Positions 18,984 to 31,874 of a DNA stretch of 42,112 bases are shown piece after piece. Below the pieces are notes generated by a model. It did not search any database. It was not told the DNA's origin and worked only from the letters and a program-made list of their open reading frames with translations. Each line of letters opens with the position of its first letter. Within the stretch, counting starts at the first letter, position 1. Source of the DNA: Gammaproteobacteria bacterium (GTDB lineage Bacteria; Pseudomonadota; Gammaproteobacteria; Magnimaribacterales; D2472); contig JALRBL010000018.1 in assembly GCA_023257795.1 (NCBI GenBank), positions 1 to 42,112 on the forward strand. Reading direction: 5' to 3'. A program made the translations under genes and the position numbers.

Positions 18984-21809
18984 ATGTCAAAAATATCCAT
19001 CAAGGGTGCTAGAACCCATAATCTTAAGAATGTTTCTTTGGATATTCCCAGAAACAAACTGGTTGTAATTACTGGTCTATCAGGATCTGGTAAATCGTCT
19101 TTAGCTTTTGACACTATTTATGCCGAGGGACAGAGAAGATATGTAGAGTCTTTATCAGCCTATGCCAGACAGTTTTTATCATTGATGGAAAAACCAGATG
19201 TTGATCAGATTGAAGGCCTATCACCTGCTATCTCAATAGAACAAAAATCAACCTCACATAATCCTAGATCAACTGTTGGAACCGTAACAGAAATCTATGA
19301 CTATTTAAGACTTTTGTATGCAAGGATTGGCTCACCAAGATGCCCCACTCATAATGAAATCCTTGCAGCAAAAACAATATCTCAAGTATCTGATGATATA
19401 TTAAAAATTAAGGAGAGTTCAAAAATAATGATCGTAGCTCCTCTTGTGAGAGAAAAGAAAGGGGAGCATGTTGGTATATTCGAAGAATTAAAAAAAGAGG
19501 GTTTTTTAAGGGTAATTGTTAATGGTATAACTTATCCTATTGAAGAATTTCCTTTGCTTGATAAACAAAAGAAACACAATATTTCTGTTGTTATAGATAG
19601 ATTAATTGTAAAAACTACTGAAGAAAATATCCAAAGATTAGCAGACTCCTTAGAGACTGCCTCTAAATTGAGTAACGGTTTGATTGATATCATCATCTTG
19701 GATGAACAAGATAAGGTTCTTAACTTCTCAACAAACTTTGCTTGCTCAAAATGTGGTTATTCAATAACAGAACTTGAACCCAGAATGTTCTCTTTCAATA
19801 ATCCTATTGGCGCATGCAGTAAATGTGATGGATTGGGAGTAATACAATACTTTGACAAAGAAAAAATGGTGGAAGACCTAGATATTTCGATAAACGAAGG
19901 TGCAATCAAAGGATGGAACAAAAGAAATAGATTTTACTACCATCAACTCAAATGCCTTGCGAACCACTATGGATTCTCATTAGAAACTAAATGGTCAAAT
20001 TTACCTGATGAGATTCGACATATAATCCTATATGGATCTAAAGAGACAATTGATTTTTCTAAACGCTTTTCAAGTGGAAGCAGATTTGTTCGCAAACATA
20101 GATTTGAAGGGGTCATTCCTAATACTGATCGAAGGTATCGAGAATCAGATTCTGACTATATTAAAACAGAGTTAGCTAAAATGTTATCTGAAAGCAGTTG
20201 CGATGAATGTCATGGCTCACGATTAAATGAAGCATCAAGAAATGTACTTATCGATGATGTCCCAATTTATGACATCGTTAGTCTTAAAATTTCAGATGCT
20301 CTTGAATTTATTAAAAATATTAAGCTTCAAGGGTCTCAATTAAAAATTGCAGACAAGATACTTAAAGAAATAAATGATAGATTATCTTTTTTACTAGATG
20401 TCGGCTTAAATTACCTTACCCTGGAAAGGACTGCGGAATCATTATCTGGTGGAGAATCTCAAAGAATCAGGCTAGCAAGTCAAATTGGATCTGGTCTTGT
20501 GGGAGTTACGTATGTTTTAGATGAACCTTCAATTGGTTTACATCAAAAGGATAATGAGAGGCTACTTAAAACTCTAAAACACTTGAGAGATCTTGGAAAT
20601 ACTGTGTTGGTTGTTGAACATGATGAAGAAGCTATTAGGAGCGCTGACCACATTATCGATATTGGGCCTGGAGCTGGAATACACGGGGGTAAGATTTGTG
20701 CTGAGGGCAGTCTAAAAGAAATTCTACAAGCCAAAGAATCAATTACCGCGGAATACCTTAATGGTAAAAGGAAAATTGATAGTAATTTAAATCCAAAGAG
20801 GCCCTCTCAGTTTATTAAAATTTTTGGAGCAGAAGAAAATAACCTTCAAAATGTTAATGTAGAAATACCTATTGGCTTATTTACTTGCATCACAGGAGTT
20901 TCTGGTTCTGGAAAGTCCTCCTTGATAAATCAGAGTCTTATGCCAATGGCTGCTTTTATTCTTAATAAAGCGAAACTTAGCAAGAAAATTAAACTTAAAA
21001 AAATAGAAGGTCTAGAGAACTTGGATAAAGTTATTTCGATTGACCAATCACCAATTGGAAGAACCCCTAGGTCAAATCCAGCTACATATACTGGAGTTTT
21101 TTCTCCTATCAGAGATCTATTTGCACAGTCTGAGGAAGCTAGATCAAGGGGCTACAAACCTGGAAGGTTTAGCTTTAATGTTAAAGGTGGAAGATGTGAA
21201 GCCTGTCAGGGAGATGGCATGATCAAAGTGGAGATGCACTTCCTTGCTGATGTTTACGTTACTTGTGATATTTGTAACAACAGAAGATATAACGATCAAA
21301 CATTAGAAGTTAAATTTAAGGGCAAAAATATCTCTGAAGTATTAAACATGACGGTAGAGGATGCTGTCGAATTCTTTGATGCAGTTCCTGCCATTAAAAC
21401 TAAACTCGCAACACTTCTAGACGTAGGCCTTGGATATATAACCCTAGGGCAATCTGCTACAACCCTATCTGGAGGTGAAGCTCAAAGAGTTAAACTAGCT
21501 AAAGAATTATCTAAAAGAAGTACTGGGAAGACTCTCTATATACTGGATGAGCCTACAACTGGATTGCATTTTTTTGATATTGAGCTTCTGCTTGGAGTTC
21601 TAAAAAGACTCTCTAATCAGGGAAATACAGTAGTCGTTATAGAGCATAATCTTGATGTAATTAAATCAAGTGACTGGATAATTGATCTAGGTCCTGAAGG
21701 GGGCACAGATGGAGGTCAAGTCATTGCTTTTGGAGATCCATCCAAAGTAGCAAAAAATACTAAATCCTATACTGGAAAATATCTTAAGAAATTATTAAAA
21801 AATAATTAG
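18984..21809 (+). CDS. uvrA: Excinuclease ABC subunit A
   Basis: Two ABC ATPase domains ([23 protein letters not shown]) and zinc fingers. Confidence 0.99.
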   Translation: MSKISIKGARTHNLKNVSLDIPRNKLVVITGLSGSGKSSLAFDTIYAEGQRRYVESLSAYARQFLSLMEKPDVDQIEGLSPAISIEQKSTSHNPRSTVGTVTEIYDYLRLLYARIGSPRCPTHNEILAAKTISQVSDDILKIKESSKIMIVAPLVREKKGEHVGIFEELKKEGFLRVIVNGITYPIEEFPLLDKQKKHNISVVIDRLIVKTTEENIQRLADSLETASKLSNGLIDIIILDEQDKVLNFSTNFACSKCGYSITELEPRMFSFNNPIGACSKCDGLGVIQYFDKEKMVEDLDISINEGAIKGWNKRNRFYYHQLKCLANHYGFSLETKWSNLPDEIRHIILYGSKETIDFSKRFSSGSRFVRKHRFEGVIPNTDRRYRESDSDYIKTELAKMLSESSCDECHGSRLNEASRNVLIDDVPIYDIVSLKISDALEFIKNIKLQGSQLKIADKILKEINDRLSFLLDVGLNYLTLERTAESLSGGESQRIRLASQIGSGLVGVTYVLDEPSIGLHQKDNERLLKTLKHLRDLGNTVLVVEHDEEAIRSADHIIDIGPGAGIHGGKICAEGSLKEILQAKESITAEYLNGKRKIDSNLNPKRPSQFIKIFGAEENNLQNVNVEIPIGLFTCITGVSGSGKSSLINQSLMPMAAFILNKAKLSKKIKLKKIEGLENLDKVISIDQSPIGRTPRSNPATYTGVFSPIRDLFAQSEEARSRGYKPGRFSFNVKGGRCEACQGDGMIKVEMHFLADVYVTCDICNNRRYNDQTLEVKFKGKNISEVLNMTVEDAVEFFDAVPAIKTKLATLLDVGLGYITLGQSATTLSGGEAQRVKLAKELSKRSTGKTLYILDEPTTGLHFFDIELLLGVLKRLSNQGNTVVVIEHNLDVIKSSDWIIDLGPEGGTDGGQVIAFGDPSKVAKNTKSYTGKYLKKLLKNN

Positions 21810-22210
21810 GCTGCGGTTTCTTTTTGATTTGACTCTATGGTTTTATTGTTGAGATCTCTATCAACCCACTCAACATAGGCCACATCAGCCTTATCTCCAT
21901 TTCGAAAACCTGCCTTAATGATCCTCAAATATCCACCATTTCTTTCTTTAGAGCGTACTCCATAGACTGTAAATAATTTTCCTACCGCAGCATCATCTCT
22001 CAATTTATTAAATGCAAGCCTTCTATTAGCAACTGTATCTATCTTCCCAAGATTAATAAGCGGCTCTAAAAAAGATCTAAGCTCTTTTGCCTTAGGAAGT
22101 GTTGTTTTAATTAGCTCATGCTCGATAAGAGCTAAACTAAGATTCTTAAACAATGCCTTTCTGTGCGATGAATTTCTATTAAGTTTTCTTCCTGATTTCC
22201 TATGTCTCAT
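21806..22210 (-). CDS. rplQ: 50S ribosomal protein L17
   Basis: [19 protein letters not shown]. Confidence 0.99.
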   Translation of the reverse strand: MRHRKSGRKLNRNSSHRKALFKNLSLALIEHELIKTTLPKAKELRSFLEPLINLGKIDTVANRRLAFNKLRDDAAVGKLFTVYGVRSKERNGGYLRIIKAGFRNGDKADVAYVEWVDRDLNNKTIESNQKETAA

Positions 22211-22222
22211 AAAACTATCTCA

Positions 22223-23185
22223 TTATCCAAGTGGAGGCCAGTTATCTAGAACTGTTCCGAGTGAAAATCCTCTAGAAGCCAAAACATCTTTAATTTCATT
22301 AAGAGATTTTTTACCTAAATTTGGAGTTTTTAAAAGGTCAAATTCTGATCTTTGTATCAAATCACCAATTAAGAATATGCTTTCAGCTTTTAGACAATTA
22401 GTTGACCTTACAGTAAGCTCTAATTCTTCTATGGATCTTAATAGCAAAGGATCAAAATCATTTTGCTCTTTTTTGGCTTCCTGCTCAGCAATTGCATCAA
22501 GATTAACAAAAGATGCAAGCTGTTGTTGTAAGATTGTAGAAGCATGCTCAATAGCTAATTTTGGATCGAGAGTACCGTCTGTCTCTAATTCAATGATCAA
22601 CTTATCTAAGTCAGCCCTTTTTTCAAATCTAGCATTTTCAACTGTGTAAGCAACTCTTCTTACTGGACTAAAGGATGCATCTAGTTTTAAAGCTCCAACT
22701 TGAACTTCTTCCTCTCTCAGATCGCTAGGCTCGTAACCTCTTCCAACTCTAACAGTGGCAGTCAAAGACAGTTTAACTTTATCAACCAATGAAGCAATGT
22801 GGTGATCAGGATTAGGAAGCTCCACATTACCTGGAACTTCAAAATTTGCTGCTGATACTTCTGAAGGACCATCCATGTTTAAGGTGATCTCTGCAGAATT
22901 ACCTTCAATTATAGAAATCGGCATATCTTTTAAATTAAGAAGAATATCTATTACATCCTCTCTGACGCCCTCAATAGTACTATATTCATGAGATACGCCA
23001 TCAATAGAAACACTTGTGATAGCTGCACCAGGCATTGATGAGAGAAGAATTCTTCTCAAAGCATTGCCAAGAGTATGCCCAAAGCCTCTTTCTAGTGGCT
23101 CTAGAGTAATTTTAGAGGTAGTTGGATTAATATCCTCTACCTGGATTTCAGTTGGGACTAGTAAGTCAATGACAGATGTTTGCAT
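22223..23185 (-). CDS. rpoA: RNA polymerase alpha subunit
   Basis: [23 protein letters not shown]; alpha-CTD LELTVRS.NCLK. Confidence 0.99.
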   Translation of the reverse strand: MQTSVIDLLVPTEIQVEDINPTTSKITLEPLERGFGHTLGNALRRILLSSMPGAAITSVSIDGVSHEYSTIEGVREDVIDILLNLKDMPISIIEGNSAEITLNMDGPSEVSAANFEVPGNVELPNPDHHIASLVDKVKLSLTATVRVGRGYEPSDLREEEVQVGALKLDASFSPVRRVAYTVENARFEKRADLDKLIIELETDGTLDPKLAIEHASTILQQQLASFVNLDAIAEQEAKKEQNDFDPLLLRSIEELELTVRSTNCLKAESIFLIGDLIQRSEFDLLKTPNLGKKSLNEIKDVLASRGFSLGTVLDNWPPLG

Positions 23186-23205
23186 ATTTTTTCTTCCGTT
23201 ATTTA

Positions 23206-23826
23206 TTATTTTGAATAAAGCTCAACAATAAGGTTCTCATTAATTTCCATGCCTAAATCTGCTCTGTCTGGAGCGGACTTAAACACACCCTTAAAATTAG
23301 TTCGATCAACTTCAAGCCAATCACAAGCCTCGCGTTGATCAGCTAAGTCAAGTGAGCCTTTAATTCTTAGTTGCGATTTTGATTTTTCACGAATTGATAT
23401 CTCATCATTTGGTTGAACTTGGTAAGAAGGAATATTCACAACTGAGCCGTTAATCATTACAGCTTTATGCGAAACTAATTGTCTGCCTTCAGCTCTAGTA
23501 GAGGCAAATCCCATACGATAAACTACATTATCAAGGCGTTGCTCAAGGAAGCTCAATAAGTTTTCACCAGTATTTCCTTTGGCTTTAGCAGCTTTTTTGT
23601 AATAATTTCTAAATTGTTTCTCCAAAACTCCATAAATTCTTCTTACTTTCTGCTTTTCACGAAGTTGCAATCCATAATCTGATAGCCTTCCTCTGCGCAG
23701 ACCATGCACCCCAGGAGCTGTATCCATATTACATTTGGACTCAACAGCTCTGACGCCACTTTTTAAATATAAATCAGTGCCTTCCCTTCTTGAAAGCCTT
23801 AATGATGGACCTGTGTATCTTGCCAT
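23206..23826 (-). CDS. rpsD: 30S ribosomal protein S4
   Basis: [25 protein letters not shown]. Confidence 0.99.
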   Translation of the reverse strand: MARYTGPSLRLSRREGTDLYLKSGVRAVESKCNMDTAPGVHGLRRGRLSDYGLQLREKQKVRRIYGVLEKQFRNYYKKAAKAKGNTGENLLSFLEQRLDNVVYRMGFASTRAEGRQLVSHKAVMINGSVVNIPSYQVQPNDEISIREKSKSQLRIKGSLDLADQREACDWLEVDRTNFKGVFKSAPDRADLGMEINENLIVELYSK

Positions 23827-23835
23827 AGTATTTCC

Positions 23836-24234
23836 TTAAACTCTTCTCTTCTTGGGTGGACGACATCCATTATGAGGTAATGGTGTCACGTCTGTAATGC
23901 TTTTAATTTTTAATCCGCAAGCATTGAGTGACCTTATTGCAGATTCTCTTCCGGCACCAGGGCCCTTGACCTTAACATCTATATGCAACATACCAAATTC
24001 TCTGGCAATATTTCCAACTTTTTCAGCAGCGACCTGGGCAGCAAATGGAGTACTTTTTCTTGAACCCTTGAAACCAGAGCCACCTGACGTTCCCCAACAA
24101 ACAGCGTTACCCTGTTTGTCAGTAATAGTTATGATTGTGTTATTAAATGAAGATTGTATATGTGCAACACCTTCAGATATTACTTTCTTAACTTTTTTCT
24201 TGATTGAAGATTTATTTGATTTATTAACTGCCAT
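23836..24234 (-). CDS. rpsK: 30S ribosomal protein S11
   Basis: [24 protein letters not shown]. Confidence 0.99.
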   Translation of the reverse strand: MAVNKSNKSSIKKKVKKVISEGVAHIQSSFNNTIITITDKQGNAVCWGTSGGSGFKGSRKSTPFAAQVAAEKVGNIAREFGMLHIDVKVKGPGAGRESAIRSLNACGLKIKSITDVTPLPHNGCRPPKKRRV

Positions 24235-24238
24235 TTGA

Positions 24239-24595
24239 TTACGCTCTCATTGGTTTTTTAGGACCTTTTCTGGTTCTAGCATTATTTTTAGTATTTTGAC
24301 CACGAACAGGGAGTTTTCTTCTATGCCTGATTCCTCTGAACGCCCCAAGATCCATAAGTCTTTTAATGTTTGTACTAATTTCTCTTCTGAGGTCGCCTTC
24401 AACAGTATATTTACCGACTGCTGTTCTAATATTCTCAAGATCATCCTCAGAAATTTCTGAAACTTTTTTTGTATAATCTAATTTTAATTCTGTGCAAATT
24501 TTTTGCGCAGTTACTCTTCCAATACCAAATATGTGAGTTAAAGCAATCTCGAGATGCTTATTCTCTGGAATATTTACTCCTGCTATCCTTGCCAT
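24239..24595 (-). CDS. rpsM: 30S ribosomal protein S13
   Basis: [25 protein letters not shown]. Confidence 0.99.
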   Translation of the reverse strand: MARIAGVNIPENKHLEIALTHIFGIGRVTAQKICTELKLDYTKKVSEISEDDLENIRTAVGKYTVEGDLRREISTNIKRLMDLGAFRGIRHRRKLPVRGQNTKNNARTRKGPKKPMRA

Positions 24596-24600
24596 AAAAA

Positions 24601-24717
24601 TTATCCTTGTTTTTGCTTGTGCTTGGGTTCAGTTTTACAAATAACATAAAGCGTACCTTTTCGCCTTACTAGCTTGCAATTTCTACAAATCTTTTTTATT
24701 GATGCTCTTACTTTCAT
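24601..24717 (-). CDS. rpmJ: 50S ribosomal protein L36, zinc-binding form (missing from ORF track)
   Basis: Hand translation [38 protein letters not shown], between secY and rpsM. Confidence 0.98.
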   Translation of the reverse strand: MKVRASIKKICRNCKLVRRKGTLYVICKTEPKHKQKQG

Positions 24718-24718
24718 A

Positions 24719-26011
24719 TTATCTTCTGTAACTCTTTAAATTAGCTTTCTTTAACAAGTTGGAATATTGAGATGACATCATGTGTGATTGAACCTGCGAC
24801 ATGAAGTCCATCAATACAACAACAATAATAAGGACTGATGTGCCTCCTAAATAGAATGAAACACCAGCAAAATTAATCAACCCAAGTGGAAGTAAACAAA
24901 TTAATGTTAGATAGATGCTTCCAAAAACCGTTAACCTGGCTAGTACATTATCTATGTAACCTGCTGTTTGTTCGCCTGGTCTTATGCCGGGTATATATGC
25001 TCCAGATCGTTTTAAATTATCTGATACTTCTTTAGTGTTAAAAGTAAGAGCTAACCAAATAAAGCAAAAAGAAATTATCAAAGTTGCAAATAATAATACA
25101 TACAATGGCTGGCCAGGATTTAAGGCTAACGAGATAGTCTGAAGAAATGAAAAAGATTCATTTTGACCAAACCAAGTAGATAATGAAGCAGGAAAGAGTA
25201 GAAATGTGCTTGCAAAAATTGCAGGTATAACACCAGCCATATTAACCTTGAAAGGAAGATGGCTGGCTTGAGCTTGCATAAGCTTTCTGCCCTGTTGTCT
25301 TTGTGCATAATTAACGGTGATGCGTCTTTGACCTCTTTCAATGTAGACCACAATAGCAATGAGCACCATAGCAAGTACGCCTATGCTTAATAATAATAAA
25401 ATGTTTAGGTCGCCTTGCCTCGCTTGCTCAAGAGCTTGTCCTATGGCGCCAGGGATCCCAGTTAGGATACTGGTTGCAATAATAATTGAGATTCCGTTAC
25501 CAATACCTCTTTCAGATACTTGTTCGCCAAGCCACATCAAAAATACAGTGCCTGCGACAACGCTTACTACTGCAGTAATGAAGAAAGAAGGTCCTGGTTG
25601 GTAAGCGAGACCGCTAGAGCTAAGAGTTGCAGCAAGAGCTGATGCCTGAATAAGAGCTAAAAATACAGTCCCGTATCTAGTGTATTGTGTGATTGTGTTT
25701 CTACCTGCCTGGCCATCTTTCTTTAGATCTTGAAGATATGGGATAGAATTGCTAAATAGCTGCATGATAATTGCAGATGAAATATAGGGCACCACATTAA
25801 GAGCAAATATACTCATTCTTTCTAACGCGCCGCCAGAAAATAAATTAAAAAGTTCAAGAATAGTTCCTTGGTTCTGATCAAACAATGAAGCAAGTCTGTC
25901 TGGGTCAATTCCGGGTATTGGAATATGTGTACCTATTCTATAGACAATAATAGCCATGAAGACAAATCTTAGCCTTTTCCAGAGATCGCTCATGCCTTTA
26001 TTCTCTGCCAT
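24719..26011 (-). CDS. secY: Preprotein translocase SecY
   Basis: [26 protein letters not shown]. Confidence 0.99.
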   Translation of the reverse strand: MAENKGMSDLWKRLRFVFMAIIVYRIGTHIPIPGIDPDRLASLFDQNQGTILELFNLFSGGALERMSIFALNVVPYISSAIIMQLFSNSIPYLQDLKKDGQAGRNTITQYTRYGTVFLALIQASALAATLSSSGLAYQPGPSFFITAVVSVVAGTVFLMWLGEQVSERGIGNGISIIIATSILTGIPGAIGQALEQARQGDLNILLLLSIGVLAMVLIAIVVYIERGQRRITVNYAQRQQGRKLMQAQASHLPFKVNMAGVIPAIFASTFLLFPASLSTWFGQNESFSFLQTISLALNPGQPLYVLLFATLIISFCFIWLALTFNTKEVSDNLKRSGAYIPGIRPGEQTAGYIDNVLARLTVFGSIYLTLICLLPLGLINFAGVSFYLGGTSVLIIVVVLMDFMSQVQSHMMSSQYSNLLKKANLKSYRR

Positions 26012-26013
26012 CT

Positions 26014-26439
26014 CTAGCTAACCTTGCCTCCGGCTTTTTCAATAGATGATTTTGCTCCCTTGGAGACTTTAATTCCTTCAACGTTAATAGCTTTAGAAAG
26101 TTCAAATTCTCCAAATATCTTAACTTTTTGAATGGATTTACCAATGACTTTGTATTCTCTAAGAGTGTCCATAGTTACTAAATCTAAATTAGATACATCT
26201 CTTAAATTAATCTCTTTTAAATGATTGTTTACTCTTGATGAGAAGCCAAACTTAGGCAATCTTTGTTGTAAAGGCATTTGTCCACCTTCAAAACCTCGCG
26301 CTACATTACCGCCAGATCTTGATTTTTGGCCTTTATGGCCTCTACCAGCGGTTTTACCTAGACCAGACCCAATACCTCGACCAACACGCTTTTTATTTTT
26401 GGAAGTGCCTTTGCTTGTTAAATTATTCAGACTAACCAT
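26014..26439 (-). CDS. rplO: 50S ribosomal protein L15
   Basis: [26 protein letters not shown]. Confidence 0.99.
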   Translation of the reverse strand: MVSLNNLTSKGTSKNKKRVGRGIGSGLGKTAGRGHKGQKSRSGGNVARGFEGGQMPLQQRLPKFGFSSRVNNHLKEINLRDVSNLDLVTMDTLREYKVIGKSIQKVKIFGEFELSKAINVEGIKVSKGAKSSIEKAGGKVS

Positions 26440-26440
26440 T

Positions 26441-26626
26441 TTATCCTTCTACTATTTCAACCATATCTCTGATTTTATTGACCATTCCTCTTACAGACGG
26501 AGTATCTTCCAAAGTTACAGTTTGATGAATTTTTCTAAAACCTAATCCCTTAACACATAATTTATGTTTTTCAATTCTGCCTATTGGGCTTTTAATCAAT
26601 TTAATTTTTAGTTCTTTAGCTGCCAT
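26441..26626 (-). CDS. rpmD: 50S ribosomal protein L30
   Basis: KSPIGR..KH..CVKGLG, DTPSVRGM. Confidence 0.97.
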   Translation of the reverse strand: MAAKELKIKLIKSPIGRIEKHKLCVKGLGFRKIHQTVTLEDTPSVRGMVNKIRDMVEIVEG

Positions 26627-27123
26627 TAGATTTCCTCTAATTTCTTACCGCGCCTTTTAGCTACATCTTGGGGCGATTCCATAGACTTAAGAGCATTAAC
26701 AGTTGCTCTTACAACATTGACTGGATTTGTAGAGCCATAACATTTTGCTAAAACATTTTGCACACCGACAAGCTCAAGAACGGCTCTCATTGCTCCGCCT
26801 GCAATTACACCAGTACCCTCTGCAGCTGGCTGCATGTAAACATTTGCGGAGCCATGTTTCGCATTCACTGGATACCACAAAGTATTTCCGTTAAGACTAA
26901 CATCTACCATATTTCTTCTAGCATTTTCCATTGCTTTTTGGATTGCAGTTGGAACCTCCTTTGCTTTACCTCTGCCAAAACCAACTCTACCCTTGCCATC
27001 ACCAACCACTGTAAGAGCAGTGAACCCAAAGATTCTTCCTCCTTTTACAACCTTGGCTACACGGTTTACCTGAACAAGTTTTTCTTCTAGAACGTCTTGC
27101 TGTAACTGTAATGCTTCACTCAT
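26626..27123 (-). CDS. rpsE: 30S ribosomal protein S5
   Basis: [14 protein letters not shown]. Confidence 0.99.
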   Translation of the reverse strand: MSEALQLQQDVLEEKLVQVNRVAKVVKGGRIFGFTALTVVGDGKGRVGFGRGKAKEVPTAIQKAMENARRNMVDVSLNGNTLWYPVNAKHGSANVYMQPAAEGTGVIAGGAMRAVLELVGVQNVLAKCYGSTNPVNVVRATVNALKSMESPQDVAKRRGKKLEEI

Positions 27124-27468
27124 TTAAAACTCCAATCCTGCTTCTCGCGCTGCTTCCGCAAGCGCTTTAATCTTACCGTGGTATCTGTACCCAGATCTAT
27201 CAAATACAACGCTGGAAATACCCACTGATATTGCTCTTTCTGCAAGCCTTTTACCAACCTCTTTAGCAGCGTCAATATTGCTGTGATCTGCTTTAAAATC
27301 TTTTTCATTTGTTGATGCTGAAGCAATAACTTGGGACCCTCGAGCATCAAAAAGTTGCGCATAAATATTTTTAGAGGACTTAAATACCGTTAACCTTGGT
27401 TTAGCTTGCTGAGCAATTCTCTTCCTTGTTTTCGCTGCTCTTCGTAGCCTTGAATCAACTATAATCAA
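27124..27468 (-). CDS. rplR: 50S ribosomal protein L18 (TTG start)
   Basis: FDRSGYRYHGKIKALAEAAREAGLEF. Confidence 0.97.
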   Translation of the reverse strand: MIIVDSRLRRAAKTRKRIAQQAKPRLTVFKSSKNIYAQLFDARGSQVIASASTNEKDFKADHSNIDAAKEVGKRLAERAISVGISSVVFDRSGYRYHGKIKALAEAAREAGLEF

Positions 27469-27469
27469 T

Positions 27470-28012
27470 TTATTTGCCCCCAGATTTCTTAGCTTCTTTT
27501 CTCTTTACGTATTCATTGGAATACCTTACGCCTTTACCTTTATATGGCTCAGGTCGTCTGTAATTTCTGATTTCTGCAGCTACTTGACCTAGAATCTGCT
27601 TATTGAAACTTCTTAAAATAATTTCAGTTTGAGTTGGTATCTCTGCCTCTACTTCGTCAGGAAGTTGATAGATAACCGGATGTGAAAAACCAAGCGTTAA
27701 TTCAATTGACTTACCATTGAGCTTAGCCTTGTATCCTACGCCCCTTAGCTCTAATTTCTTCTCAAACCCCTGAGAAACACCGATTACCATATTATTAACA
27801 AGCGCTCTAGTGGTCCCTGCTAAAGTATTAGATTGTTTTGACTCCTCATCGTATGCAATGGTGATTTCTTGTTCACTTTGATTTAATGAAACAGTGTCAG
27901 GAACCAAGAACTCGAGTTCGCCCTTTGCTCCAGTTACTTTTACAGAACTTCCCTGAAATGAAACAGTAACGCCTGCAGGTATGTTAATAGGATTATTTGC
28001 TACTCTAGACAT
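27470..28012 (-). CDS. rplF: 50S ribosomal protein L6
   Basis: MSRVA..PI, RPEPYKGKGVRY. Confidence 0.99.
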   Translation of the reverse strand: MSRVANNPINIPAGVTVSFQGSSVKVTGAKGELEFLVPDTVSLNQSEQEITIAYDEESKQSNTLAGTTRALVNNMVIGVSQGFEKKLELRGVGYKAKLNGKSIELTLGFSHPVIYQLPDEVEAEIPTQTEIILRSFNKQILGQVAAEIRNYRRPEPYKGKGVRYSNEYVKRKEAKKSGGK

Positions 28013-28015
28013 GAA

Positions 28016-28411
28016 TTAAAAAACCTCACAAAGAATTTCGCCGCCAATATTCTGTTTTTTTGCCTGTTTGTCAGTCATTAATCCTTGGCTCGTTGATAAA
28101 ATATAAACACCCAATCCATTTTTTACTGGAGTCAATGCGCCAGCACCTGAATATCTTCTTAAACTAGGTTTACTAACTCTCTTTAGCTTTCGAATTGCTG
28201 GGAGGGAATCATTATATTTTAAAGCAATGTGAATAAAATCTTTCTCTGCTTCTGTTTTCCGTTCTACAGATTTTAAATACCCCTCATTGACTAATAATGA
28301 TACTAATTCAAATCTAAGTTTTGAAAAAGGCGAATTAATAGTCTTTTTGCCTCTTAAGAGGCCGTTTCTAATTCTTGTTAAACAATCTGATATGGGATCT
28401 TGATAACTCAT
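28016..28411 (-). CDS. rpsH: 30S ribosomal protein S8
   Basis: QDPISD.LTRIRN, RVSKPSLR.Y, GGEILC. Confidence 0.98.
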   Translation of the reverse strand: MSYQDPISDCLTRIRNGLLRGKKTINSPFSKLRFELVSLLVNEGYLKSVERKTEAEKDFIHIALKYNDSLPAIRKLKRVSKPSLRRYSGAGALTPVKNGLGVYILSTSQGLMTDKQAKKQNIGGEILCEVF

Positions 28412-28417
28412 AATTTC

Positions 28418-28723
28418 TTACCAACTTGATTTTACTAATCCAGGAATCTCACCACGCATGGCAGATTCTCTGAGTTTAATTCTGCTGAGCCCAAATTTTC
28501 TATAGACTGCATGAGGTCTTCCAGTCATAGCGCAGCGCCTAGTTTGTCTAATGGGAGAAGCATTCCTAGGAAGTTTTTGCAATTCTGTAAAAGCTGCCAT
28601 GCGTTCTTCATAATTTAGGTTTGAATCAAGATACTTCTTTTTTAGTTCAGCTCTTTTTGCAGCATACTTTGCTACAGCTTTAGATCTCTTGTTTTCTCTT
28701 GCAATAATTGATTTTCTTGTCAT
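28418..28723 (-). CDS. rpsN: 30S ribosomal protein S14 (long, zinc-independent form)
   Basis: [31 protein letters not shown]. Confidence 0.98.
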   Translation of the reverse strand: MTRKSIIARENKRSKAVAKYAAKRAELKKKYLDSNLNYEERMAAFTELQKLPRNASPIRQTRRCAMTGRPHAVYRKFGLSRIKLRESAMRGEIPGLVKSSW

Positions 28724-28726
28724 AAC

Positions 28727-29263
28727 TTAACTCTTAAATGGAAACTCAAGGACTTCTAAAAGGATCTTTGCATCTTCTTTATTTTTTGCTGAAGTATTAA
28801 TACAAACATCCATGCCTCTAATCTTATCGATGTTGTCATAATTGATTTCTGGAAAAATGATCTGTTCCTTGATACCCATGCTGTAATTACCCTGTTGATC
28901 AAAAGATTTAGGGTTTAATCCTCTAAAATCTCTTTCTCTAGGGATAGCGATGTTTACCAGCCTTTCTAAAAAGTCATACATCCTATCTCCTCTAAGTGTA
29001 ACTTTGCATCCTAGAGGCCAGCCATCACGGATTTTAAAACTTGCTACTGATTTTCTTGCTTTAGTAACAACAGGTTTTTGACCAGTAATTGCTCTTAAGT
29101 CGTTAACCGCAGATTCTAGATGCTTCTTATCATTAACAGCCTCACCAACACCCATATTAATTACAACCTTGGTTACCTTAGGCACAGCATTAACGTTAGA
29201 TAAACCTAATCTTTCCTGAATCACAGGAACCATTTCTTTTCTAAATCTTTCTTTTAAATTCAT
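28727..29263 (-). CDS. rplE: 50S ribosomal protein L5
   Basis: [20 protein letters not shown]. Confidence 0.99.
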   Translation of the reverse strand: MNLKERFRKEMVPVIQERLGLSNVNAVPKVTKVVINMGVGEAVNDKKHLESAVNDLRAITGQKPVVTKARKSVASFKIRDGWPLGCKVTLRGDRMYDFLERLVNIAIPRERDFRGLNPKSFDQQGNYSMGIKEQIIFPEINYDNIDKIRGMDVCINTSAKNKEDAKILLEVLEFPFKS

Positions 29264-29264
29264 A

Positions 29265-29591
29265 TTAAATCTTCGTTTGATCTGATTTGAACACTCTTAC
29301 TTTTTCGGAACCTTCAACAGAAAACCCTATGCGATCAGCCTTTTTCTGCTTTGGGTTCCAAATGGCAATATTAGAAATATTGATAGAGGATTCTTGTTCG
29401 ACTATTCCGCCAGTAACTCCTAATTGAGGATTTGGTTTGGTATGTTTTTTAACAATATTAACCCCAGTTACTAAGGCTCGATTATTTTTTAAGATCTTTT
29501 GGATAGTTCCTCTTTTTCCAACATCTCTTCCCGCGATAACAACAACTTCATCACCAGTTCTAAGTTTAGTTTTAGTGTGCAAAGTAGACAT
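29265..29591 (-). CDS. rplX: 50S ribosomal protein L24
   Basis: KOW motif [24 protein letters not shown]. Confidence 0.98.
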   Translation of the reverse strand: MSTLHTKTKLRTGDEVVVIAGRDVGKRGTIQKILKNNRALVTGVNIVKKHTKPNPQLGVTGGIVEQESSINISNIAIWNPKQKKADRIGFSVEGSEKVRVFKSDQTKI

Positions 29592-29593
29592 TT

Positions 29594-29962
29594 TTACAAT
29601 ACCTCGGGAGCTAAAGATAAAATTTTCATGTGACTTCCTGCTCTCAATTCTCTAGTTACAGGCCCAAAAACCCTTGTGCCAATAGGAGCTTTTGATGCAT
29701 TCAATAAAACTGCAGCATTCTCATCAAATTTAATAAGCGATCCATCTCTTCTTCTAACGCCTTTTTTTGACCTCACTATTAAGGCATTTAGAACTTGCCC
29801 TTTCTTAACTTTTCCTTGAGGAATAGCTTCTTTAACAGCTACCTTAATAATATCTCCGATATTGGCATATCTTCTTTTAGATCCACCCAAAACCTTAATG
29901 CACATCACAGATCTTGCTCCACTATTATCGGCAATATTTAAAATAGATTGCATTTGAATCAT
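29594..29962 (-). CDS. rplN: 50S ribosomal protein L14
   Basis: MIQMQS.L..ADNSGA, SLAPEVL. Confidence 0.99.
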   Translation of the reverse strand: MIQMQSILNIADNSGARSVMCIKVLGGSKRRYANIGDIIKVAVKEAIPQGKVKKGQVLNALIVRSKKGVRRRDGSLIKFDENAAVLLNASKAPIGTRVFGPVTRELRAGSHMKILSLAPEVL

Positions 29963-30243
29963 ATGTCATCTCCAACCGGTATTTCAGTGCCAGCATTGTT
30001 AACTTTCTCACTTTCAATCAAGACAAAAGATTTTAACTTAGAGATTGGTCTACACTCTTGAATACTAACAAAATCTCCGATCTTTGCCGTGTTATTCTCA
30101 TCATGAGCATGGACTTTAGTAGAACGTTTGATAACTTTTCCATACTTAGGATGCTTAACTTTTCTTTCAATTTTTACAGAAATAGTTTTGTCAGCCTTAT
30201 CGCTCACGACTACTCCAGATAATACTCTTCCCTTTGACTCCAT
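29959..30243 (-). CDS. rpsQ: 30S ribosomal protein S17
   Basis: GVVVSDK.DKTI, KHPKYGK, ECRPISK. Confidence 0.98.
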   Translation of the reverse strand: MESKGRVLSGVVVSDKADKTISVKIERKVKHPKYGKVIKRSTKVHAHDENNTAKIGDFVSIQECRPISKLKSFVLIESEKVNNAGTEIPVGDDI

Positions 30244-30247
30244 ATTT

Positions 30248-30454
30248 TTAGCCTTTTAATCCTGCTAATGCAGTTTTTATTTGTGCAATTTTTTTTCTCG
30301 TTTCTTTTAAATGATGAGGTTTTTCTAATTGCCCAGTCTTATGTTTCATATTGTTTTGAAATAGCTCTTCTTTATTATCTAGGAGCATTTTCTGTAAATC
30401 AGTGGAAGACTTATCTGCCAAGGATTTAAAAAAACTTTCATTTTTCTTTGCCAT
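30248..30454 (-). CDS. rpmC: 50S ribosomal protein L29
   Basis: [18 protein letters not shown]; between rplP and rpsQ. Confidence 0.93.
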   Translation of the reverse strand: MAKKNESFFKSLADKSSTDLQKMLLDNKEELFQNNMKHKTGQLEKPHHLKETRKKIAQIKTALAGLKG

Positions 30455-30456
30455 AA

Positions 30457-30867
30457 TTAGATTGCCTTTTTAACAAATGTTGTTTTAACAGGTAATTTGG
30501 CAGCAGCAAGCCTGAATGCCTCTCTTGCAATCTCTTCTGATACTCCTGACATTTCGTAAAGCATTTTTCCGGGTTGAACTAAGCTTACCCAGTATTCAAC
30601 ATTACCCTTACCTTTACCCATTCTTACCTCTAATGGTTTTTTAGAAATAGGTTTATCAGGGAATAATCTAATCCAGATTTTTCCACCCCTTTTGATATAC
30701 CTAGTCATAGCTCGTCTAGCAGACTCGATTTGTCTAGCAGTAATCCTTCCTCTTGTGGAAGCTTTCATACCAAACTCACCAAAAGATACTTGATTGCCAT
30801 TTTGGGCTAGACCTCTGTTTCTGCCCTTATGCATCTTTCTAAATTTTGTCTGTCTAGGTTGCAACAT
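30457..30867 (-). CDS. rplP: 50S ribosomal protein L16
   Basis: [23 protein letters not shown]. Confidence 0.99.
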   Translation of the reverse strand: MLQPRQTKFRKMHKGRNRGLAQNGNQVSFGEFGMKASTRGRITARQIESARRAMTRYIKRGGKIWIRLFPDKPISKKPLEVRMGKGKGNVEYWVSLVQPGKMLYEMSGVSEEIAREAFRLAAAKLPVKTTFVKKAI

Positions 30868-30878
30868 AATATTTAAAT

Positions 30879-31529
30879 TTATTCCTCAGTTTTAAATGGA
30901 TCATCAAGAATTTCACCTTTAAAGACCCATACTTTGACTCCTATAATTCCATATGTAGTTAAAGCTTCTGATGTTCCATAATCAACATCCGCTCTTATTG
31001 TATGCAACGGGACTCTGCCCTCTCTATACCATTCAGTTCGTGCAATCTCTGCTCCACCTAATCTTCCAGATACCTCAGTTCTAATACCTTTAGCACCTGA
31101 CCTAAGAGCACTTTGAACTGCTCTCTTCATTGCTCTTCTAAACTGGACTCTTCTTTCTAACTGTTGGGCAATTCCTTCTGCAAGAATATTGGCATCTAAG
31201 TCTGGCTTTTTAACTTCTTTAATATTCACCGATGTTGGTTGTCCAACGATTTTATTAATAGCCTGTTTAAGGTTGTCTATTTCTTCACCTTTTTTACCAA
31301 TAATGACCCCAGGTCTAGACGTATGAATAGTCACAATATAGCCTTTTGCAGATCTTTCGAGATCTATGTTACTAACGGATGAAAATCTTAGCTTTGTCTT
31401 AAGAAATTCTCTGACTTTGAGGTCATGAACAACATTTTCCTTATATGCTTTACCTTGAGCATACCAATTAGCATTATGCTTCCTGATAACACCAAGCCTC
31501 ATTCCTATAGGACTAACTTTCTGACCCAT
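30879..31529 (-). CDS. rpsC: 30S ribosomal protein S3
   Basis: MGQKV.P.G.RLG, GRVPLHT. Confidence 0.99.
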   Translation of the reverse strand: MGQKVSPIGMRLGVIRKHNANWYAQGKAYKENVVHDLKVREFLKTKLRFSSVSNIDLERSAKGYIVTIHTSRPGVIIGKKGEEIDNLKQAINKIVGQPTSVNIKEVKKPDLDANILAEGIAQQLERRVQFRRAMKRAVQSALRSGAKGIRTEVSGRLGGAEIARTEWYREGRVPLHTIRADVDYGTSEALTTYGIIGVKVWVFKGEILDDPFKTEE

Positions 31530-31532
31530 TGT

Positions 31533-31874
31533 CTACTGCTCCTTTCCTTCTAGCATAATTTCAATATGGCAAGTGGGTTTAATGATTCTATCTGCTCTGC
31601 CCCTTGCTCTAGGCTTCATTCTTTTAAGTCTCATTCCTTGATTAACAATAATAGATTTAACAAAGAGTGAATCTATATCAGCTTTGTCATTATGTTCAGC
31701 ATTAGCAATTGCTGACTCTAGTAACTTCTTTACTATAGCGGAAGCTTTTTTCTTACTAAAAGTCAGAAAATCAAGTGCTTCTTGAACATGTTTCCCTCTA
31801 ACTGCATCGGCCACCAACCCTGCTTTTATAGGAGACAATCTTATAGACTTTAAATAAGCTCTTGTTTGGGTCAT
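31533..31874 (-). CDS. rplV: 50S ribosomal protein L22
   Basis: [17 protein letters not shown]. Confidence 0.98.
   Translation of the reverse strand: MTQTRAYLKSIRLSPIKAGLVADAVRGKHVQEALDFLTFSKKKASAIVKKLLESAIANAEHNDKADIDSLFVKSIIVNQGMRLKRMKPRARGRADRIIKPTCHIEIMLEGKEQ

Noticed and set aside
29200-29300. S8-binding operator at the rplX-rplE junction
   Set aside because: I could not identify a convincing hairpin by eye; a covariance-model search is needed.
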